From positions 100,071-164,070 of the forward strand of contig DATCMB010000004.1 in NCBI GenBank assembly GCA_036563615.1: DNA of 64,000 nt, given 5' to 3'. The notes under the pieces are model-generated. The model was not told where the DNA came from and did not search any database. It saw nothing but the letters and a program-made list of their open reading frames with translations. The DNA is from Candidatus Binatia bacterium (GTDB lineage: Bacteria; Desulfobacterota; Binatia; UBA12015). The position numbers and the translations under genes are program-made. Shown in pieces: positions 60,529-64,000 of this stretch. Numbering within the stretch: the stretch's first letter is position 1; each line of letters begins with the position of its first letter.

Positions 60529-61482
60529 ATGGCCGCAAGGCCCATCGCATCGGGCACCATCAGCTTCGGCCTCGTCGCCGTTCCGGTGAAGCTCTACCCC
60601 GCGACGCGTCCGAAGTCGCTGTCCTTCAACATGCTGCACAAGAAGGACAAGGCGCGCCTGCGCCAGCAGTACGTCTGCTCGGCGTGCGGCGAGATCGTCG
60701 ATCGCGACGACACGGTGCGCGGCTACGAGTACGCGAAGGGCGAGTACGCGGTGCTCTCCGACGAGGAGCTGCGCGCGCTTGAGATCAAGAGCGACCAGTC
60801 GATCGAGATCGAGCAGTTCGTGCCGATCGAGAAGGTCGATCCAGTGTACTTCGACAAGGCGTACCTGCTCGGTCCCGACAAGGGCGGCAACAAGCCGTAC
60901 AAGCTGCTCACCGCGGCGATGCGCGAAAGCGGCAAGTGCGCCGTGGCGCGTTTCTCGACGCGTGGCAAGCAGCAGCTCGTCCTGCTGCGCCAGACCGACC
61001 GCGGCCTCATGCTGCACACGCTCTTCTACGCCGACGAGGTGCGCAGCTTCGACGACGTCGACCTGGGCGAGGACGTCGTGACCAAGCCCGTCGAGGTCGA
61101 CCTCGCCGTCAAGCTCATCGATCAGCTCGCGACCGACGCGTTCCAGCCCGAGCTGTACGAGGACGAGTACCGCAAGGCGGCGCTCGAGATGATCGAGCGC
61201 AAGATCGAGGGCAAGGAGGTCGTCACCGTGCCCGAGCGGCAGCCGCGCGCGCAGGTGATCGACCTGATGGAGGCGCTCAAGCAGAGCCTCGCCGCGCCGA
61301 AGACGCCGAAGCGCGCGCCCGCGCGCGCCGCCAGCGAGGAAGCCGAAGCGCCGCTCGCGGCGGCCGTGGCGGGCGGCGACGACGCGACGCCCACGCGCGC
61401 CGGCACGCGCAAGCCGCCGGTACGCGCAGCGAAGAGCCGCGCCACGTCGGCGCGCGCGGCGCGCTCGCGACGCTCGGGCTGA
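60529..61482 (+). CDS. ku: Ku protein (non-homologous end joining)
   Basis: A GAGGAG Shine-Dalgarno site precedes the start. The sequence has ARPIASGTISFGLVAVPVKLYPAT, VRGYEYAKGEYAVLSDEEL, PVYFDKAYLLGPDKGG and a basic Ala/Arg/Lys tail. Confidence 0.92.
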   Translation: MAARPIASGTISFGLVAVPVKLYPATRPKSLSFNMLHKKDKARLRQQYVCSACGEIVDRDDTVRGYEYAKGEYAVLSDEELRALEIKSDQSIEIEQFVPIEKVDPVYFDKAYLLGPDKGGNKPYKLLTAAMRESGKCAVARFSTRGKQQLVLLRQTDRGLMLHTLFYADEVRSFDDVDLGEDVVTKPVEVDLAVKLIDQLATDAFQPELYEDEYRKAALEMIERKIEGKEVVTVPERQPRAQVIDLMEALKQSLAAPKTPKRAPARAASEEAEAPLAAAVAGGDDATPTRAGTRKPPVRAAKSRATSARAARSRRSG

Positions 61483-61489
61483 GCGCACC

Positions 61490-62539
61490 GTGGCGGTCGA
61501 CCGGTCCCGCGCGCGGCGTCGCTCGCAGGGGCCGCCCGAGCCACGCGGCGCCGGACGCGCCCGCACGACGCGATCGACGCGCTCTCGCGCCGCGACGAGC
61601 AAGGAGCACGCGTCGCACGGCGACACGATCCCGTTCCGCGTGCAGCCGATGCTCGCGACGCTGATCGACGAGCCCTTCCACCGGCCGGGCTGGGTCTACG
61701 AGGAGAAGTACGACGGCTACCGGATCCTCGCCTACAAGGAGGGCGCGAAGGTCACTCTGCTGTCGCGCAACGGGCTCGACCGCACCGCGTCGTTCCGTGC
61801 GATCGCCGACGACGTCGCGCGTCTCCGGCCGCGCACGCTTTTGCTTGACGGCGAAGCGGTCGCGTTCGACGAGAACCTCGTGTCACGCTTCCAGCTCCTG
61901 CAGCAGGGCGAGGCGCCGGTCGTCTTCGCGGCCTTCGATTGCCTCTACGTCGACGGGCACGACCTCCGCGATCGCCCGCTGTCCGAGCGCCGCGAGATCC
62001 TCGAGCGGGTGATCGAGGGCAGCGAGCGCATCTTTCCCGCGCGTCGTCTCGCGACCAACGGTCTCACCGCCCATCGCATCGCCAAGGAGAAGGGATTCGA
62101 AGGGCTGATCGCGAAGGAAGCGAGCTCGGCGTACGTCTCGGGACGCAGCCGGCGCTGGCTCAAGGTCAAGGTCAAGCAGGAGGACGAGTTCGTGATCGGC
62201 GGCTACACCGAGCCGTCGGGCGCGCGCTCGCGCTTCGGCGCCTTGCTCGTCGGCGGCTGGCGCGACGGCAAGCTATGGTACGTCGGCAAGGTCGGCACCG
62301 GCTTCTCGGAGGCGCGCCTCGAGAGCCTGTGGCGCGCCTTCCGGCCGCTCGTCGTCGCGAAGCCCGCATTCGCCGATCCGCCGCGCGGACGCGGCATCAC
62401 CTGGCTGCGGCCGGAGCTGGTCGCGCAGGTCGCCTACACCGAGTGGACCGCGGACCGGAAGCTGCGTCAGCCGGTGTTCCTCGGGCTGCGCGACGACAAG
62501 CGCGCGAGCGAGGTCACGCTGCCGCCGAACGCGCCTTGA
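61490..62539 (+). CDS. ligD: ATP-dependent DNA ligase (LigD ligase domain only)
   Basis: The sequence has PMLATL, EEKYDGYR (motif I, the adenylated Lys), LLDGEAV, GFEGLIAK, WLKVK and an OB domain FVIGGY...FGALLVG. The start is provisional (GTG 61490) and is followed by an Arg-rich leader. Confidence 0.88.
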   Translation: MAVDRSRARRRSQGPPEPRGAGRARTTRSTRSRAATSKEHASHGDTIPFRVQPMLATLIDEPFHRPGWVYEEKYDGYRILAYKEGAKVTLLSRNGLDRTASFRAIADDVARLRPRTLLLDGEAVAFDENLVSRFQLLQQGEAPVVFAAFDCLYVDGHDLRDRPLSERREILERVIEGSERIFPARRLATNGLTAHRIAKEKGFEGLIAKEASSAYVSGRSRRWLKVKVKQEDEFVIGGYTEPSGARSRFGALLVGGWRDGKLWYVGKVGTGFSEARLESLWRAFRPLVVAKPAFADPPRGRGITWLRPELVAQVAYTEWTADRKLRQPVFLGLRDDKRASEVTLPPNAP

Positions 62540-62628
62540 GCGCGCGCGCCGCGCGCTCGAACGCACCTGCACGCCGACACCACGCCCGACGCTCTCCCTT
62601 CGTCGCCCGTGCGTGGTAGACGTCGCAC

Positions 62629-63048
62629 ATGAAGTACCTGCACACGATGGTGCGAGTCTCGGACCTCGAGAAATCGCTCGACTTCTACTGCAACAAGCTC
62701 GGGCTCAAGGAGCTCGGACGCCACGAGAACGAGGCCGGGCGCTACACGCTGGTCTTCCTCGCGGCGCCCGGTGACGAGTCCGCGCAGATCGAGCTGACCT
62801 ACAACTGGGATCCCGAGAAGCTCACCGGCGGGCGCAACTTCGGCCACATCGCGTACGAGGTCGACGACATCTACGCGACCTGTCAGCGGCTGATGGACGC
62901 GGGCGTGACGATCAACCGCCCGCCGCGCGACGGCCGCATGGCGTTCATCCGCTCGCCCGACGAGATCTCGATCGAGCTCCTGCAGAAGGGCGAGGCGCTG
63001 CCGCCGCGCGAGCCGTGGAAGTCGATGCCAAACACCGGCGTGTGGTGA
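62629..63048 (+). CDS. gloA: Lactoylglutathione lyase (glyoxalase I)
   Basis: The sequence has [28 protein letters not shown]...LELTYNW...[11 protein letters not shown]...IELLQ. Confidence 0.9.
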   Translation: MKYLHTMVRVSDLEKSLDFYCNKLGLKELGRHENEAGRYTLVFLAAPGDESAQIELTYNWDPEKLTGGRNFGHIAYEVDDIYATCQRLMDAGVTINRPPRDGRMAFIRSPDEISIELLQKGEALPPREPWKSMPNTGVW

Positions 63049-63118
63049 CGCGCGCGAGCGCGTACGCGCGCGTGGGCGCGGCGTCCTCGAGGGAACGCCG
63101 CTGCCCTCGCCGCGGCCG

Positions 63119-63865
63119 CTAGCCGAGCGGACGCAGGTCGACCTGTGCGGCGCGCGCCGCGATGCGCGCCGCGCGCGACTGCACGTAGCTCGACGGCGTA
63201 CGCGCGCTCCAGCGCCGCGGCGACGGCAGCACGGCCGCGAGCAGCGACGCCTCGCGCGCGCCGAGCTTCGCCGCCGGCTTGCCGAACGCGTTCTGCGCCG
63301 CCGCCTCGACGCCGTACACGCCGTCGCCCCACTCGGCGACGTTGACGTACACCTCGAGGATCCGCCGCTTGCTCCACAGGAGCTCGATCAGCAGCGTGAA
63401 GTACGCCTCGAGCCCCTTCCGGACCCATGTCCGGTCCTGCCACAGGAAGACGTTGCGCGCGGTCTGCATGCTGATCGTGCTCGCGCCGCGCACGCGGCGT
63501 CCGCCGTGGCGCTCGTTGTAGGCGCGCGCGCGCTCGATCTCCTCGAAGTCGAAGCCGTGGTGCTGGAAGAAGCGCGCGTCCTCCGCCGCGATCACCGCGC
63601 GCAGCAGCGCGGGGCTCACCTCCTCGAGCGGTACCCAGCGCTGCTGGATGCCGACCCAGCGTCCGTCGAGCGCGCCCTGCACCGCGCGGATCACCATCAG
63701 CGGCGTGAGCGGCGGATCGACGAAGCGAAACAGCCCGACGACGGCGACCGACGCGAGCAAGGCCCCGAACAGGAGGCGCCCCAGCCACCGCAGCACGCCC
63801 TCCCGATCGCGCAACGCGCGCGCCGGCGCAAGCGCCCGTGCTTCGCCAGGCGCCGTCCGGGGCAA
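63119..63865 (-). CDS. mtgA: Monofunctional peptidoglycan glycosyltransferase
   Basis: The sequence has AVIAAEDARFFQHHGFD, GASTISMQTARNVFL and RILEVYVNVAEWGDGVYGVEAAA. The start is TTG 63865 or GTG 63796. Confidence 0.88.
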   Translation of the reverse strand: MPRTAPGEARALAPARALRDREGVLRWLGRLLFGALLASVAVVGLFRFVDPPLTPLMVIRAVQGALDGRWVGIQQRWVPLEEVSPALLRAVIAAEDARFFQHHGFDFEEIERARAYNERHGGRRVRGASTISMQTARNVFLWQDRTWVRKGLEAYFTLLIELLWSKRRILEVYVNVAEWGDGVYGVEAAAQNAFGKPAAKLGAREASLLAAVLPSPRRWSARTPSSYVQSRAARIAARAAQVDLRPLG

Positions 63866-63885
63866 AGCGCGTCACCGCATGCGCG

Positions 63886-64000
63886 TCACCACGACGTCGC
63901 GATGTACTTGGTCTCGGTGAACTCGAGCAGCCCGTGGTGGCCGCCCTCGCGCCCCACCCCGCTCTCCTTCACGCCGCCGAACGGCGCCGCCGGATCGGAC
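63886..64000 (-). CDS. Aldehyde dehydrogenase family protein; only the C-terminal end is in the window
   Basis: The reverse translation is ...[36 protein letters not shown] followed by a stop, which is the conserved ALDH C-terminal PFGG.K.SG.GRE motif. Confidence 0.8.
   Translation of the reverse strand, partial: SDPAAPFGGVKESGVGREGGHHGLLEFTETKYIATSW

Overview
The window is a very GC-rich bacterial chromosomal segment; third codon positions in real genes are almost always G or C. It is densely packed with about 60 protein-coding genes. I recognised no rRNA, tRNA, CRISPR array, transposase or integrase. Many of the long ORFs in the supplied track are Arg/Ala-rich antisense or off-frame shadows of the real genes, so I chose frames by recognisable protein motifs, Shine-Dalgarno sites and third-position GC. 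The main blocks are as follows. (1) 1-7100: a partial hybrid histidine kinase, a nucleotidyltransferase-like gene, an SRPBCC protein, bacterioferritin, and an SDR-TetR-GST operon. (2) 7148-15307: a seven-gene MoxR/DUF58/VWA Bat-type (aerotolerance-like) operon in which every junction is a 4-nt stop/start overlap. (3) 15.5-25.7 kb: LysR, YihY, CBS, NUDIX, SnoaL/PhyH, a copper-ligand-depleted multicopper-oxidase-like gene coupled to a HugZ/DUF2470-like gene, RecQ, and a small SLOG-like ORF. (4) 25.7-33.6 kb: a heavy-metal RND efflux operon (OMF-MFP-RND) led by an unclassified His/Cys-rich secreted ORF, facing a divergent pair made of a Cys-rich CBS protein and a 77-aa Cys/His protein. (5) 33.7-46.7 kb: pgl, an alpha/beta hydrolase, a sulfatase, a frameshifted WS/DGAT, an orphan DGQHR (DndB-like) protein, Hsp33, isoaspartyl peptidase, a thiolase and a disulfide oxidoreductase. 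(6) 46.7-60.2 kb: one long minus-strand unit encoding alternative complex III (actABCDEF plus a small membrane protein), SCO, a caa3-type cytochrome oxidase (subunits II, I, III, IV), a TerB-like protein and a small lipoprotein. (7) 60.5-64 kb: Ku plus a ligase-only LigD, glyoxalase I, MtgA and the 3' end of an aldehyde dehydrogenase. The most interesting signals are the His/Cys-rich accessory genes around the RND pump, the orphan DGQHR protein, the degenerate multicopper oxidase, two in-gene frameshifts, and two signal-peptide ORFs that have no ATG/GTG/TTG start but begin at a CTG inside a C-TGA-G stop/start overlap. All functional calls come from reading motifs by eye. No database search was possible, so family names are recollection-based and start codons are provisional.
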